From the NCBI GenBank assembly GCA_963921275.4, contig OZ001293.3:4992001-5056000 (forward strand): a DNA stretch of 64,000 bases. Reading direction: 5' to 3'. The notes under the pieces are model-generated. The model did not search any database. It had not been told where the DNA came from and worked only from the letters and a program-made list of their open reading frames with translations. How positions within the stretch are numbered: the first letter of the stretch is position 1; each line of letters starts with the position of its first letter. This document shows, piece after piece, positions 62,801 to 64,000 of this stretch. The position numbers and the translations under genes were made by a program. The DNA comes from an uncultured Hormoscilla sp. Its GTDB lineage: Bacteria; Cyanobacteriota; Cyanobacteriia; Cyanobacteriales; Desertifilaceae.

Positions 62801-63736
62801 TTATATATAAAAGGTTGTTCTGAACTCCTGCACCCTCTGCCACACTATTTCTAATAAATTAGGACTATCCGCATCAAACCATTCAATCTGCGGATCAGCC
62901 CGAAACCAGGTCCGCTGTCGCTTGGCAAATTGCCGCGTGTGCAACGCCGTTAATTCTTTCGCTTCGAGCAACTCAATATCTCCGGCCAGATATTGTTTGA
63001 TTTCCTGATAACCTAGGGTATCTAACAGGGGCAAATCAGCTCCATATTTCTGACAGAGATATTCTACTTCCTCGACAAACCCAGCCCCTAGCATTTGTTC
63101 TGTCCGCTGGGCAATTCTCTGTGTCAGTCTGTCAGCATCTGCACATTCTAAACCAATTTGCAGAATGGGATAGTTGGGCGGATCGGTCCCTTGCTGTTGG
63201 GAAATGGGAATTCCAGTGACATAAAATACTTCTAATGCTCGTAATGTACGCACAGCATCATTGGCGTGAATCTTCCTGGCTGCCCCTGGATCTACTTGTT
63301 GCAGCATCCCGTAACATTGACTTTGCGATAGTTCGGACAACTGCGCTCGCAACTCTGTCTGGGGTGCGACTCGGGGAATCTTCATTCCTTGCACTACGGA
63401 ACGGATGTATAATCCAGTACCTCCCACCAAGAGGGGAATGCACCCTCCTGGTTGGAAAGATGCGATCGCCCCTTGGGCCTGCTGCTGGTAATCTGCTAAA
63501 GTCAGAGTTTCCCTCGGATCGCAGATATCAATCAGGTAATGGGGCACCAGCAGGCGATCGGCCCTTGTGGGCTTGGCCGTACCAATGTTAAACTCTCGGT
63601 ACACCTGTCGGGAGTCAGCACTCAGAATTATTGTCTCCAGTCGCTGGGCCAAAGTCAAAGCCAGCCCCGACTTACCGGTAGCCGTGGCCCCACAGATTGT
63701 AATCAAACCGTAACCGCCTCCATATGGTGGGTGCAT
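62801..63736 (-). CDS. miaA: tRNA dimethylallyltransferase
   Basis: GATATGKS, SADSRQVY, IGTAKP, VGGTGLY, TRQFAKRQRTWF. Confidence 0.96.
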   Translation of the reverse strand: MHPPYGGGYGLITICGATATGKSGLALTLAQRLETIILSADSRQVYREFNIGTAKPTRADRLLVPHYLIDICDPRETLTLADYQQQAQGAIASFQPGGCIPLLVGGTGLYIRSVVQGMKIPRVAPQTELRAQLSELSQSQCYGMLQQVDPGAARKIHANDAVRTLRALEVFYVTGIPISQQQGTDPPNYPILQIGLECADADRLTQRIAQRTEQMLGAGFVEEVEYLCQKYGADLPLLDTLGYQEIKQYLAGDIELLEAKELTALHTRQFAKRQRTWFRADPQIEWFDADSPNLLEIVWQRVQEFRTTFYI

Positions 63737-63797
63737 CCCCTAAATAAATTTGCCCCGATCCTGCCCTGAGATTGTCTCAGACCCTTTGATGTTATAA

Positions 63798-64000
<203 letters not shown>

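Larger units (their letters stand above)
59561..62803 (-). mobile_element. Degenerate IS982-like transposase element split by a group II intron (exons 62803-62162 and 59771-59561)
   Basis: MIITIF..DELLK, MNSAEVMT, YIIDSFPV..CDN, YGDKIY, RKQVETCFS fragments; left end taactcaagttgctacc. Confidence 0.7.

Overview
64-kb window from a cyanobacterial genome (abundant HIP1 GCGATCGC; probably a filamentous Oscillatoriales-type organism, inferred) that is visibly eroding. Intact housekeeping genes (ftsH, recA, leuA, labA-like NYN, hdrB, acpP-fabF-tkt, pgm, glgB, msrP, miaA, gyrB start) are mixed with many pseudogenes, IS remnants, MITEs and REP-like repeats. Two things stand out, both missed by the ORF track. 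(1) A group II intron ecosystem. An ORF-less 835-nt intron splits a tRNA-Arg(UCU) gene between nt 38 and 39, with EBS1/EBS2 matching the tRNA 5' exon. Two near-identical ORF-less relatives with different EBS sequences sit at unrelated sites. There is also an intron with an internally deleted IEP, nested 5' intron stubs just behind the tRNA, and one full-length intron with an intact RT but a changed catalytic triad and HNH site. (2) A family of 15-24-nt GC-rich micro-insertions that land right after (C/G)CGA and begin with T. Five identical copies sit in one ISKra4-type transposase; others add peptides in frame to housekeeping proteins or frameshift genes such as xfp. All calls are from reading the sequence by eye; no database searches were run.
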